Positions 36,774 through 47,700 of a stretch of 64,000 nt of DNA are shown piece after piece (positions within the stretch are counted from its first letter, which is position 1; every line of letters begins with the position of its first letter). Position numbers and translations under genes: made by a program. The notes under the pieces are model-generated. The model saw nothing but the letters and a program-made list of their open reading frames with translations. It was not told the DNA's origin and did no database searches. The stretch is taken from NCBI GenBank assembly GCA_032128115.1, contig JAQBHB010000098.1, forward strand, positions 70,642-134,641, written 5' to 3'. The stretch comes from Deltaproteobacteria bacterium (GTDB lineage: Bacteria; Myxococcota_A; UBA9160; SMWR01).

Positions 36774-38039
36774 CTAGGCGGGTGCGTTGTGGAACGTCAC
36801 CGGAATCCGCCCGGGGACCCTGAACAGCGATTGGCTCCATTCAGTTTTCTCGTTCAGTAGCCGGAGATCGTCGAAACGCCGTACAAGCCCACCGATCGCA
36901 ATCTGGGTTTCGAGTCGTGCGAGATGCGCGCCCAGGCAGAAGTGCACGCCGCCGCCGAACGAAAGATGGGCCGCGGTGCCCTTTTCGTTCCCATAACGGG
37001 AAATGTCGAAACGCTCGGGTTCGTCGAAGACGTCGGGATCGCGATTCGCCCCGCCGATCAGCGCGATGACCTCGCTGTCGTCCGGGATCACGTAGTCGCC
37101 GAACTGCGCATCGTCATGAAGGACGCGCACCGTTGCGGTGATCGGTCCGGAGTAGCGCAGACACTCTTCGACCGCGCTCTCGATGAGCTCCGGATGGGCG
37201 CGCAACATCTGGTACTCATCGGGATGGCGGATCAGTGTCGTCAGACCGTTTCCGATCAGACCGATCGTCGTCTCGAAGCCGGCGATCAGCAGGCCGATCG
37301 ACTGCGAGAGCAACTCGAGCTCGGAGAGCTTCTCGCCTTCCTCTTCGGCGGTGATGAGCGACGAGAGCAGATCATCCGACTCGACTCCGCGGCGCTCGGC
37401 GATCAGCCGATTGAAGTAGCTGAGCAGTGAAATCCCGGCGGCTTCGACGCGCTGACGGATTCTCTCGTCGCCGAGGCCCCGCACGACGGCGAGCCCGTGG
37501 GTCGCGTCCGTCGTCCACTGCGTGAACCTGTCCTGGTCTCCGGGTGGAACCCCGAGCATTTCGCAGATCAGGGTTGCCGGCACCGGCCGCGCCAGGTCGG
37601 CGACGAGATCCATCGTGCCGAGGTTCGCTACGCGGTCGAGCAGGGAGTCGGTGATCGCCTCGATCCGTGGACGCCACGACTCGACGGCACGCGGCGTGAA
37701 TGCCTTGGAGACGAGCTTGCGGAGTCGGGTGTGATTCGGCGGGTCCTGGAGCAGCATGAAGAGCCCGGCGCCTGGCTCCTCCACTGCTTGACCGGGGAGC
37801 AGGCCATTGTGGCGGCGCATTCCCGACGGCACGTTGCGCAGGAGCCGATGCACGTCCTCATACCGGGAGAGGCGCCAGCCGCCATCCGGAGTGAGGTTGA
37901 CTGGCTGTCGTTCGCGAAGCTCCCGGAACCCGGGGTACGGGTCTTCGATCTGTGTGCCCGGGCCGGTGAATTCGTGGCCATACCAACCGGGAACGGGGGG
38001 TTTTCCAGCTGCGGGAAGTCGGGGTGTAGCGTCGGACAT
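36774..38039 (-). CDS. Cytochrome P450
   Basis: DPPNHTRLR, IAGFETT, EECLRY, FGGGVHFCLG. Confidence 0.95.
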   Translation of the reverse strand: MSDATPRLPAAGKPPVPGWYGHEFTGPGTQIEDPYPGFRELRERQPVNLTPDGGWRLSRYEDVHRLLRNVPSGMRRHNGLLPGQAVEEPGAGLFMLLQDPPNHTRLRKLVSKAFTPRAVESWRPRIEAITDSLLDRVANLGTMDLVADLARPVPATLICEMLGVPPGDQDRFTQWTTDATHGLAVVRGLGDERIRQRVEAAGISLLSYFNRLIAERRGVESDDLLSSLITAEEEGEKLSELELLSQSIGLLIAGFETTIGLIGNGLTTLIRHPDEYQMLRAHPELIESAVEECLRYSGPITATVRVLHDDAQFGDYVIPDDSEVIALIGGANRDPDVFDEPERFDISRYGNEKGTAAHLSFGGGVHFCLGAHLARLETQIAIGGLVRRFDDLRLLNEKTEWSQSLFRVPGRIPVTFHNAPA

Positions 38040-38051
38040 GCGGCGCTCCTG

Positions 38052-38486
38052 TCACTCGTCGTAGCAGAAATCCTGAAGCTCTCCGAAAAACCCCTGGCAA
38101 TCGTTGCTGTCCAGGGGGACCTCCGCACACCGGTGCCGGAGCCACTCTACCGAGTCGACGAAGCTGCCGGAGGAGGGCACTCCCTTGCAAAGGTCTGGCG
38201 AGGGCTCGGCGGCTTCGAGGCAGGCGGTCAAGAACACCCGGGTCTTCACACCACACATCATGTCGTCGCATGCGTCGAGCCGTCGCAGCCCCTCCGCAAG
38301 GCAGGCCTCGCCGTTTCTTCCCTGGCCGAATTCGGCCGCTTCGGCCTTGACCTGGTCGCCCATGACCTTGAGTTCTTCTCCGTGGCTCGTGAGCCACCAT
38401 GCGAAGCCGCCGATGAGCAGAGCGACGAGGAGGACGACCGTCCCCACGACGATCAAGAAGATCTTGAGGCCCTTACCGAGCGCCAT
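38052..38486 (-). CDS. Membrane-anchored Cys-rich hypothetical protein
   Basis: N-terminal TM helix, 8 Cys in the soluble domain. Confidence 0.7.
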   Translation of the reverse strand: MALGKGLKIFLIVVGTVVLLVALLIGGFAWWLTSHGEELKVMGDQVKAEAAEFGQGRNGEACLAEGLRRLDACDDMMCGVKTRVFLTACLEAAEPSPDLCKGVPSSGSFVDSVEWLRHRCAEVPLDSNDCQGFFGELQDFCYDE

Positions 38487-38515
38487 GCCGCAACTCTACC
38501 GCGGATTGGGCCGAT
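38438..38515. repeat. Copy 1 of a 78-bp diverged direct repeat (promoter + first 16 codons of 38052..38486)
   Basis: Aligns ungapped to 41824-41901 with 8 substitutions (offset 3386). Confidence 0.9.
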
Positions 38516-38586
38516 CGCCGGAGACACCGATGATCTCGCAGATCGGGTACCGTATCCGGTGCCGCCCGCGCCCGAGGGAGCCCCTG

Positions 38587-39678
38587 ATGAAGCCTACCCA
38601 TTTCTCGAAAGACACCGTTCTCGCGAGCGTGTTCCGTGACCACTACGCACTCGAGAAGGAGAAGCTCGAGTCGCTCTACAGCAAGTCGAAGCGCCACCAG
38701 TGGAACGCGGAGCTGGACGTCGATTGGGGCCGCTTCGAACCGGACGTCGACATCCTGGACCGCAGCTCGGAGTTCCTGTTTCGGCTCGATTGCGTGAACG
38801 AGCTCTCGCAATCCGACCAGTTCGCGCTGTGGCGCACTGCCAACCTCTTCCTGCTCTCCCAGGTGCTCCACGGGGAGCAGGCGGCGCTCATGACCTGCGG
38901 CCAGCTTGTAAACGCCGTCCCCGACGTCGATGCCAAGTTTGCGGCCGCCGTGCAGGTGATGGACGAGGCGCGCCACGTAGAGGTTTTCGCGCGCTACCTG
39001 GGCTGCCAGGGTGCACGCTTCCCCATCGACCCGGATCTCCAGTGGATCGTGGAGCGACTGCTGGCCGAACGACAGTGGGAGGCGAAGTGTGTGGGGATGC
39101 AGATCATCCTGGAGAGCATCGCTCTCTCTTTCTTCCGGCTGGGCGAGAAGCGGGGGGTGGAACCCGTGTTCCGGCAGTTCATTGGCCGAGTACACGAGGA
39201 CGAGGCGCGTCACGTGGCCTACGGGGTCCTGACCCTGGAGGAGCGCATTCCCGCACTCGCCCCGGAGACGCGGGCGCGGCTCGAAGACTGGGCCTACGAC
39301 TCGCTGGCCCGCATCGCCGGACGCGCCGGCACTCCCGGATTCCGCTCCCAGTTCGAGGCCCTGGCGGAGTCGGGAATCGACCTGGCGAGCTTCCTGCCGA
39401 AGTTGATGGCCGAGACGAGCGACACCTCCGGGGTCGACTTCGACGGGATCGAAGATCCAATGGCCCAGACGGTGATCCCGAACCTCTTGCGGGTGGGTCT
39501 GATTCCCGAGCGCCTCGTCGACGGCTACCTGGCCCAGGGGTTCCGGATCGATCGGGAGTGCCGGAGCGTCGAGGACATCCACACCTTCCACGACGACACC
39601 CGCGCCATCCGCGCCAGGTTCCGGGAGAAGGGAATCGACTTCTCCGACTCGAAGCAGGTCGGGGCCGCGTCGGGTTGA
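38587..39678 (+). CDS. Ferritin-like diiron protein (AurF/diiron oxygenase-like)
   Basis: LHGEQAA, DEARH, ILESIA, EDEARH diiron ligand pattern. Confidence 0.85.
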   Translation: MKPTHFSKDTVLASVFRDHYALEKEKLESLYSKSKRHQWNAELDVDWGRFEPDVDILDRSSEFLFRLDCVNELSQSDQFALWRTANLFLLSQVLHGEQAALMTCGQLVNAVPDVDAKFAAAVQVMDEARHVEVFARYLGCQGARFPIDPDLQWIVERLLAERQWEAKCVGMQIILESIALSFFRLGEKRGVEPVFRQFIGRVHEDEARHVAYGVLTLEERIPALAPETRARLEDWAYDSLARIAGRAGTPGFRSQFEALAESGIDLASFLPKLMAETSDTSGVDFDGIEDPMAQTVIPNLLRVGLIPERLVDGYLAQGFRIDRECRSVEDIHTFHDDTRAIRARFREKGIDFSDSKQVGAASG

Positions 39679-39731
39679 GCTTTCATCCACGGCGTCCAGG
39701 CTGCTGCTGGCTGGCCCAGGAGTCTTCGGGC

Positions 39732-39761
39732 GACTAGCGGTTCTCGGACTAGCGGTCCTCG
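39732..39761. repeat. 15-bp tandem repeat spanning the PQQ dehydrogenase stop codon
   Basis: GACTAGCGGTTCTCG / GACTAGCGGTCCTCG; stop at 39749-39751. Confidence 0.8.
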
Positions 39762-41776
39762 GGCAGGGCGAAGGCCACCAGAGTGTCGCTCAGGTCGTCA
39801 CCCATCTCGTGGAACGCCCAGTGTCCGCCGGCGGCGACGACGACGAACTGCCGCGCCTGGCCCGCATCGTCGTGCACTTCGTAGGTCATGGGCGTGGCGT
39901 TGCCGCCGGCGGGAAGCAAGCCGCGCCAGACTTCCGCGCCAGTGTCCACGTCGAAGGCGCGCAGCCAGTGGCCCGGTGCTGCGCCGATGAAGAGCAGGCC
40001 GCCGCCCGTCACCAGCGGCCCGCCCAGGCTTGGCATTCCCACAGCAACATCGAGCGGCAGGGGCGTGAAGTCGCGGAGCTTTCCGAAAGGTTCTCTCCAC
40101 ACGATTTCGCCCGCGTTCAGGTCCACGGCGGCGATGACACCCCAGGGTGGCGGGTTGCAGGGCGCTGCCAGCTCGATCCAGACGTCGCGCTGCATCGCGA
40201 AGGGAGTCCCGAGCTGTGGCGCCGTGTCGATGACGTCGAAGCCGATCTCTTTCTTCGCATCGTACTCTGCGCGCGGCATGAGCCGCACCTTCATCGCGAG
40301 GTTTCCGGCGTTGGTGTAGAGGCGCCGGGTGTCCGGGTCGATGGCGACGCCTCCCCAGTTGATCCCACCCGTGGGCGCCGGGTAGGTGATGCTCCATTCC
40401 GGGCCGGGCGGCGTGTAGATGCCTTCGAAGCGCATGTCGGCCAGTGCATCCTCGCACTTGCCCTGGTCCCAGCGCGTGAAGCCCCAGGGCTCGAAGGTGG
40501 TCGGAAGCAGCGGGGGCGGCTTCACCGGAAAGGGTTGAGTGGGCGAGAGCCGCTCCGCCGCGCCCGCCTGGGGAACCGGGCGCTCCTCGACGGGGAAGAC
40601 CGGCTCTCCGGTCTCGCGGTTCAGGACGAAGATGAAGCCCATCTTGGTGCCCTGGACCAGCGCCGGCACGCTCTTGCCGTCGATGTCGAGGTCGACCAGG
40701 GTGGGCTGGGCCGGAACGTCGTAGTCCCACAGGTCGTCGTGCACCGTCTGGAAGCTCCACACGACTTCGCCGGTGGATCCGCGCAGGGCCACCACCGAGC
40801 TGCCGTAGTGGTCCATGTCCGCGTGCTCGCCCCGGTAGTAGTCGGGCGCCGGGTTACCGGTGGGCACGAAAACCAGGTCGCGATGCGCGTCCGAAGACAT
40901 GGGCGCCCACACATTGGGAGTCCCGAGCGCGTAGCCCGCCTGGCTGGTGGGACGCGTGGCGTAGTCGAAGCCCGGCGGCGCCAGGTCGAACGCCCACCGC
41001 AGCGTCCCGGTACGCGCGTCGAAGGCCCGCACCACACCACTCGGCACGTCGGTCCGCACGTTGTCCAGTACGAAGGCACCCACCACCACGTGGTTGCGCA
41101 GCACCAGGGGGGGGGAGGTCACGCCGTACTCGTTCCGGCTGCTGTGCTCGCCCGCATCCGGGTTCAAGTCGACGTGGCCCGCGTCCCCGAAATCGCCGCA
41201 GAGCCGGCCGGTAGAGGCGTCGATCGCCCACAGGTTGGCGTCGATGCTGGCGAACAGGATCCGTCTCGCACACGGTTCTCCGGCCGGGCGCTGGATGTCT
41301 TCCCAGTAGGCCACGCCACGGGATGCGAGAATTCCGTAGCGCTCGCTGAGATCGATCTGGGCGTCGAAGCTCCAGCGCTCGGCACCGGTGGCGGGATCCA
41401 GCGCAATCACCCGACTCAGGGGCGTGGGGAAGTAGAGGACCCCGTTCACCAGGATGGGTGTGGCCTGGAAGCTGGTGGGACCGCTGGGAGCGTCCTTCGT
41501 GGTCAGGTCGCCGCTGCGGTAGGTCCACGCGACCTCGAGCTCGTCCACGTTGTCGCGATCGATCTGGTCGAGCGGCGAGAACTGGCGTGAATCGGTCCCG
41601 CCGTAGACGCTCCACTCGCTGGCGTCGCGAACCTGGGCCGGCGCCGCCGAGTTGGGACGGTCTTCCCAACCGCCGCAAGCACTCGCTACGAGAAGACCCG
41701 ATGCGCAGGCCACGAACTTGCTCGTCGCGCGCCCAGGGTGCCCGCTACATCTCGCGCTGGCTTGCTTACGCCTCAT
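39749..41776 (-). CDS. PQQ-dependent dehydrogenase (glucose/quinate/shikimate family), lipoprotein; frame open to ATG 41872
   Basis: FSPLDQI, FQATPI, GVVRAFDARTG, DDLWDYD, GGINWGG, PCNPPPWG, ATPMTY; lipobox LVASAC. Confidence 0.92.
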   Translation of the reverse strand: MRRKQASARCSGHPGRATSKFVACASGLLVASACGGWEDRPNSAAPAQVRDASEWSVYGGTDSRQFSPLDQIDRDNVDELEVAWTYRSGDLTTKDAPSGPTSFQATPILVNGVLYFPTPLSRVIALDPATGAERWSFDAQIDLSERYGILASRGVAYWEDIQRPAGEPCARRILFASIDANLWAIDASTGRLCGDFGDAGHVDLNPDAGEHSSRNEYGVTSPPLVLRNHVVVGAFVLDNVRTDVPSGVVRAFDARTGTLRWAFDLAPPGFDYATRPTSQAGYALGTPNVWAPMSSDAHRDLVFVPTGNPAPDYYRGEHADMDHYGSSVVALRGSTGEVVWSFQTVHDDLWDYDVPAQPTLVDLDIDGKSVPALVQGTKMGFIFVLNRETGEPVFPVEERPVPQAGAAERLSPTQPFPVKPPPLLPTTFEPWGFTRWDQGKCEDALADMRFEGIYTPPGPEWSITYPAPTGGINWGGVAIDPDTRRLYTNAGNLAMKVRLMPRAEYDAKKEIGFDVIDTAPQLGTPFAMQRDVWIELAAPCNPPPWGVIAAVDLNAGEIVWREPFGKLRDFTPLPLDVAVGMPSLGGPLVTGGGLLFIGAAPGHWLRAFDVDTGAEVWRGLLPAGGNATPMTYEVHDDAGQARQFVVVAAGGHWAFHEMGDDLSDTLVAFALPEDR

Positions 41777-41823
41777 TGTGGCGAGTTCTGGTGGTGTTCT
41801 CGAAGCGGGCTGCGAACTGGTCG

Positions 41824-41901
41824 CCGTCCTCACGACGATCGAGAAGATCTCGAGCCCCTTCCCGAGCGCCATGCCGCAACTCTACCTCGGAATCGGCCGA
41901 T
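41824..41901. repeat. Copy 2 of the 78-bp direct repeat, in frame with the PQQ dehydrogenase
   Basis: Encodes MALGKGLEIFSIVVRT versus MALGKGLKIFLIVVGT in copy 1. Confidence 0.9.
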
Positions 41902-41914
41902 GGACTGCCCGACT

Positions 41915-43531
41915 TCAGGGCGAATCTGTGAGAGACGATGAGGGGGCTTCAGGCGCGGATAGCAGCGGCGGTGGAGCGCGCCACGGGCGGGCGCGGGGAG
42001 CGCTGTCCAGGAATTCGAGGAGCACAAAGCCGTTCAGCGCGGTGATACCCCTGAGGCGTGGCGATCTCTTCAGGAAGCCCCACTCCCGACCCGCGCGGAC
42101 GAGCAGATAGCCGGGCCGCTGGTCGTCCAGATAGCGATCCAGCGTGTCACCCCTCGCGAGATCGACGGGGATCCGATAGCCAGCGTTTCCGCACGAAAGG
42201 TAGAACCACCACGGATTCTCAGACGCTACGAGTGCATCGGAATCGATGAGGCCGCAGAAAGGTCGATAGCGGTCGCTTTCAGCCTGCCAACCGCGCCAGG
42301 CGTTCCAGAAGGACCCGGCCCCATCTTGGAGACCATAGAGTGCAAGGACCGCGAGCAGTGGGAGTCCGCGGAGCGCGGCGCGCCGAACGCCGCCGTCAAC
42401 CCACGACTCGGCGGCGGCGTCGAACATTGAGAGCGTTGCGTACCAGGCACAGACCACGCCGAGGAGCGGGTACCGCATCTCGTCGAAACCTCCATACGAT
42501 GCGACCGCGACCGCCGTGAAGCCCAGCGCCGCGAAAGCCGCGAAACGTCGCTCCAGGGCGCCTGGTCCGGGCTGCCACAGCGCGAAGGCGACCCCTGGTG
42601 CCCCGAACCAACCGACCCAGAGATAGTGATCCTCCACGAACAGGACGCGCACCATCTGGCGCGCGTTGTGACCCACGGCCTCGAGGATGGCATCGCGATT
42701 TCCGTCCAGGTAGGCGAGCCAGCCAACGTACTCCTTGCCGTACAGGAACACGTCCGACGTATCGATGATCTCCAGCATTACGCCGTAGTGGGCGTACGGC
42801 GCGAAACCGGTGGCCGCCGTCACTGCGAACACGGCCGCCCTGTGCAACAGGGCGAAGGCACCCACATACACCCAGAGAGGTCGATGTCGGAAAGCGGCGC
42901 GTGGGCCGCGCTCGCAGGCCACCGCCAGCAGTACGGCCGGCAGGATCAGCCCCAGGTTGGGTCGGACCATCCAGCCGACGAGCGTGAGCAGTGCGAGCAG
43001 CAGAGCGCCGAAGGTCGACGCGGTTCCCGCCCGCAGAAAGGCGATCGCCGCGATGAGGATGCCGACCGCGGAGACCTCGGTCAGCGGTGTCGGGCTCAGG
43101 AGCATCCAGATCGGAGACCAGGTTGCCGCGATCGCAAAGGCTGTCGCCGCTGGCAGAGACATCGAGCGTCGCGCGGCGAGAACCGCGGCCGCGGCGATGA
43201 GGGCAGCCCAGGCCACCTGCCAGACCAGCAGCTCGCCGACGTGCGCGCCCAGGGCCAGGATGGGAACGAGAAGTAAGGACACTCCTGGAGGCCGGGTCGC
43301 GAACGCCGGAATCGGCGGTCGCGCGTCGGACAGATAGTGGCTGTAGAGGATCGGGTCGACGAAGCCCGCGCCTTCAAGCCAGTTGTGTGCCGTCGCGATG
43401 TATCCAACTGCGTCGGGGGGCAGACAGCAGCCGTCGCGCGCCAGGGGCAGCCCGTGCCACACGACGCCAAGCGCTACGACGCCGCATGCCGAGACGAGAA
43501 GAATTCCGTGGAGCCTTCCCCGGGTTCCCAC
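41915..43531 (-). CDS. Polytopic membrane protein, ArnT/PMT-like GT-C glycosyltransferase candidate
   Basis: PDAVGYIATAHNWLEGAG, RPPGVSLLL, LTE, VRPN, MRY; many TM helices. Confidence 0.6.
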   Translation of the reverse strand: MGTRGRLHGILLVSACGVVALGVVWHGLPLARDGCCLPPDAVGYIATAHNWLEGAGFVDPILYSHYLSDARPPIPAFATRPPGVSLLLVPILALGAHVGELLVWQVAWAALIAAAAVLAARRSMSLPAATAFAIAATWSPIWMLLSPTPLTEVSAVGILIAAIAFLRAGTASTFGALLLALLTLVGWMVRPNLGLILPAVLLAVACERGPRAAFRHRPLWVYVGAFALLHRAAVFAVTAATGFAPYAHYGVMLEIIDTSDVFLYGKEYVGWLAYLDGNRDAILEAVGHNARQMVRVLFVEDHYLWVGWFGAPGVAFALWQPGPGALERRFAAFAALGFTAVAVASYGGFDEMRYPLLGVVCAWYATLSMFDAAAESWVDGGVRRAALRGLPLLAVLALYGLQDGAGSFWNAWRGWQAESDRYRPFCGLIDSDALVASENPWWFYLSCGNAGYRIPVDLARGDTLDRYLDDQRPGYLLVRAGREWGFLKRSPRLRGITALNGFVLLEFLDSAPRARPWRAPPPLLSAPEAPSSSLTDSP

Positions 43532-43656
43532 ACCGCCAGTTTACGAAGTGGCGGCGCACTTCACCACGAGCCAGGGTCTGGTCGCCAGTCCTGCTTCGGA
43601 TGGCCGACATCCACACCAGCGCGCGGGCGGATTCTCGTTTCATCGGATGAACGCGG

Positions 43657-44571
43657 CTAGAGGTGTTGCCACGCGTGGTTCTGGAAGCGGGCGGAGAACT
43701 GGTCCGGGTGGAGGATCTCGGCCAGGATTTCGAGAGACTCCACCAGGCGCGGGCCAGGGCGGTTGAAGTAGTGGTGGCCGTCGGTGAGGTAGATGCGCTC
43801 GCGGCGCACGGCGCGCAGTTCGTTGAAGCCGTCCTGTTCCTGCAGGGGGCCGATCTCGGCGCGGGTGCGTTGCAGGTCGAAGCCGCAGGGCAGCACCACC
43901 AGTACCTCCGGGTCGGTCTTGCGCAGATCGTTCCATTCGAGCCACGGCGAGTGGGTGCCGCTCTCACCAAACAGATTGTGGCCACCGGCCAGGGCCACCA
44001 GGTCGGGCATCCAGTTGCCGGCCGCCATCAGCGGATCGATCCACTCGATGCAGGCCACCGTGGGCTGGTCGCGAATCCGCAGGGTGCGCTCGGCCACGTC
44101 GGCCACGCGCTCGGCCAGGGCCTTCACCACCTCCCGGCCCTTCTCGCCCCGATCGAGCGCATCGGCCACGCGGCGGACGTCGCCCCACACGTCGCCCAGG
44201 GTGGCGGGCTGGAGCGAGATGACGCGGGAGCGCTCGCCGATCCACTCGCCGAGCGCGTTCTCCACGTCGGCCAGGCTCACGGCGCACGCCTTGCACTGGT
44301 CCTGGGTCAGGATCACCGTGGGCGCCAGCTCGCGCAGCCGCTCCACATCCACCCGGTAGACCGACAGCCCGTCGCGGATCAGGCGCTTGACGCTGTGGTC
44401 GATCTCGGCGCTCCCGGCGCTCGGGTCGAGCACGGGCTCCGTCAGGACCGGGAGCGAAGCGACGCTCACGGGGAAGTCGCACTCGTGGGAGCGGCCCACC
44501 AGGGCCGACTCGAGGCCGAGCGCACACACGATCTCGGTGGTGCTCGGGAGTAGCGAGGCGATCCGCTCCAT
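43657..44571 (-). CDS. Cobalamin/Fe-siderophore-type substrate-binding protein (BtuF-like), no signal peptide
   Basis: RIASLLPSTTEIVCALG, VGRSHECDFP, TQDQCKACAV, EWIDP, PCGF, FNRPGPRLVES. Confidence 0.85.
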   Translation of the reverse strand: MERIASLLPSTTEIVCALGLESALVGRSHECDFPVSVASLPVLTEPVLDPSAGSAEIDHSVKRLIRDGLSVYRVDVERLRELAPTVILTQDQCKACAVSLADVENALGEWIGERSRVISLQPATLGDVWGDVRRVADALDRGEKGREVVKALAERVADVAERTLRIRDQPTVACIEWIDPLMAAGNWMPDLVALAGGHNLFGESGTHSPWLEWNDLRKTDPEVLVVLPCGFDLQRTRAEIGPLQEQDGFNELRAVRRERIYLTDGHHYFNRPGPRLVESLEILAEILHPDQFSARFQNHAWQHL

Positions 44572-44708
44572 TTGCGGCCGGAGGGTATGCGAGACGCTGA
44601 CGGGCGTCTCGCGAGGGCCGGGCTGCGCTGCAAGTACCCGCAATACCACGAGACTCCCGGGTCTGACCGCATCTGTCACGACCCCTGCGCTACTTTCGCC
44701 CTCCGGTC

Positions 44709-47700
44709 ATGGACGCACTCACCGGCTTCCACCCCGCCGTTCGCACCTGGTTCGAACGCCGTTTCGCCGATGGTCCGACCGATCCCCAGGCACTCGGCTG
44801 GCCCACGATCGCCCAGGGGCGCGACACCCTGATTGCGGCCCCCACTGGATCGGGCAAGACCCTCGCCGCCTTCCTCGTCTTCATCGATCGCCTGTATCGC
44901 GAGTTCGAGGCGAATGGCTTCCTCGAGGAAGCGACCGACGTGGTCTACGTCTCGCCGCTGAAGGCCCTGGGCGTCGACATCCGCACCAACCTGGAGAAGC
45001 CCCTGGCCGAGATCCGCGACATCGCGCTCGAGCTGGGGCGTCCGTCGCCGGCGATTCGCGTGTTCGTGCGCAGCGGAGACACGCCGCCCTCCCAGCGCGC
45101 GGCCATGTTGCGCCACCCCCCCCACTTCCTGATCACGACGCCCGAGTCCCTGTACCTGCTGGTCACCGCCGAGCGCAGTCGCGAGCGGCTGCGGCGCGTG
45201 CGCACGCTGATCGTGGACGAGATCCACGCCGTGGCGCGCGACAAGCGTGGCTCGCACCTGGCCATCACGCTCGAGCGGCTCTCGGCCCTGTGCGACCGCC
45301 GCCCGGCGCGCATCGGGCTCTCGGCCACCCAGAAGCCCATCGAAACCATTTCGCGTCTGCTGGTGGGAGCGGGGCCGGGCACCTCGGACGCCGAGGGCCG
45401 GCCGGTGTGCGAGATCGTCGACGTCGGTCACCAGCGCGCGCTCGATCTGGGGATCGAGCTCCCGGGCAGCGAGCTCGAGGCGGTGGCGCCGGCCGAGCAA
45501 TGGGGCGAGATCCTCGACTCGATTACGGGCCACGTGGCCAACCACCGCACCACGATCGTGTTCTCGAACACACGCAGGCTCGCCGAGCGGGTGGCGCACC
45601 TGCTGGAAGAGCGCCTGGGCGAGGACAAGGTGACCGCCCACCACGGAAGCCTCTCGAAGGAGCGCCGGCTCCTCACCGAGAACCGGCTGCGGGCCGGTGA
45701 TCTCAAGGTACTGGTGGCAACCGCCTCGCTCGAGTTGGGAATCGACATCGGACCGGTGGATCTGGTGTGTCAGCTCGGTTCACCCCGGAGCATCGCTACG
45801 TTCCTGCAGCGCGTCGGGCGCTCGGGACACACACGCACCGCCACGCCCAAGGGGCGGCTCTACGCCACCACCCGCGACGAGCTGGTGGAATGCGCGGCGC
45901 TCCTGCGCGCGGTGCGGTGCGGCGATCTGGATCGGGTGGTGCCGCCCGTTGCCCCCCTGGACATCCTGTCCCAGCAGATCGTGGCCTGCTGTGCTGCCGA
46001 AGACTGGGTGGAGGACGACCTGTTCGCGCTGATGCGCGGGGCGGCTCCCTTTGCCGGGCTCTCGCGTGAAGACTTCGAGGCGGTGGTGGAGATGCTTTCC
46101 GAAGGCATCCAGACCGGCCGGGGCAGGCGTGCCGCCTATCTGCACCGCGACCGCGTGAACGGCGTGTTGCGCGGACGCCGCGGCGCGCGCATTGCCGCAC
46201 TCACGTCGGGCGGCGCCATTCCCGAGACCGCCGATTACCGGGTGGTGGCCGATCCGGACGACACGTTCGTCGGCAGCGTGAACGAAGACTGGGCCATCGA
46301 GAGCATGGCCGGCGACATCTTCCTGTTGGGCACCACCTCGTGGCGCATCCGCCGCGTGGAGTCCGGGGTGGTCAGGGTCGTGAATGCCGAGGGGCTACCT
46401 CCCACGATCCCGTTCTGGTTGGGCGAAGCGCCGGCCCGCACGCCCGAACTCTCGAGCCAGGTTTCGGATCTGCGCGGTGAAATCGACCAGCGGCTCGAGG
46501 CGGGCGATCGCCGCGGTGCCGTGGTCTGGCTTGAGGAAGAGGCCGGAATCGACGAGGCCGCGGCCGACCAGGTGGTGCGCTACCTGGCGGCGAGCCGGGC
46601 GGCGCTCGGCGTGCTCCCCACCCAGAAGGACGTGGTGCTGGAGCGCTTCTTCGATGAGACGGGGGGCATGCAGCTGGTGGTGCACGCACCCTTTGGCGCG
46701 CGCATCAATCGAGCCCTGGGGCTCACCGTGCGCAAACGCATCTGCAAGAGCTTCGATTTCGAGCTGCAGGCCGCCGCCAATGACGATTCCGTGGTGCTCT
46801 CGCTGGGGCCGCAGCACAGCTTTCCGCTGCCCACGCTGGTGAAGATGCTGTCTTCGAACCACGTGGACGACGTCTTGCGTCAGGCCGTGCTGGTTTCTCC
46901 CATGTTCACGGCGCGCTGGCGCTGGAACCTGGGGCGGGCGCTGGCGGTGTTGCGCTTCAGGGGCGGCAAGAAGAATCCCTTCCCGATCCAGCGCATGGAA
47001 GCCGACGACGTGATGGCGGCGATCTTTCCTGGCGTGGCCCAGTGCCAGGAGAATCAGGCGGGCCCCATCGAGATCCCGGATCACCCCCTGGTGCGCCAGA
47101 CCCTGGACGACTGTCTGGGCGAGGCCATGGACGTGGAGGGGTTGAAGCAGCTCTTCCGCGCCATCGAATCCAACGACGTGCGCGTGCACGCGCGCGAAAC
47201 CACGGAGCCCTCGCCCCTTTCCCACGAGATCCTGAACGGCAGACCCTTCACGTTCCTGGACGACGCGCCCCTGGAAGAGCGCCGCACCCGGGCGGTAAGC
47301 CTGCGCCGGGGCCTGCCCGAAGACGCCCGCGACCTGGGGCGCCTGGACGCCGAGGCCATTGCCCGGGTGCGCGACGAGGCGCACTGCGAGCCGCGAGACG
47401 CCGAAGAGCTGCACGATGCCCTGATGGGCTTCGTGGTGCGCCGCCCCGAACCCGCCTGGGAGCCGTGGTTCCAGGCGCTCGTGCGCGAGGGCAGGGCGGC
47501 CGGCGTGGAGACGCCCGCCGGCGTGCGCTGGTTCGCCACCGAACGGAGACGGGCGGTGGAGGTGATCTTCCCCGGCGCGCGCATCACTCCCGACGTGCGT
47601 TTGCCCGACAGTCTGGCCCGGCAGCCGGCTCCCGAAGAAGGCGCCGCTGCGGCCGAAGCGGTGCGCGGTTACCTGGATGCCTCGGGCCCGTGCGGTCTCG

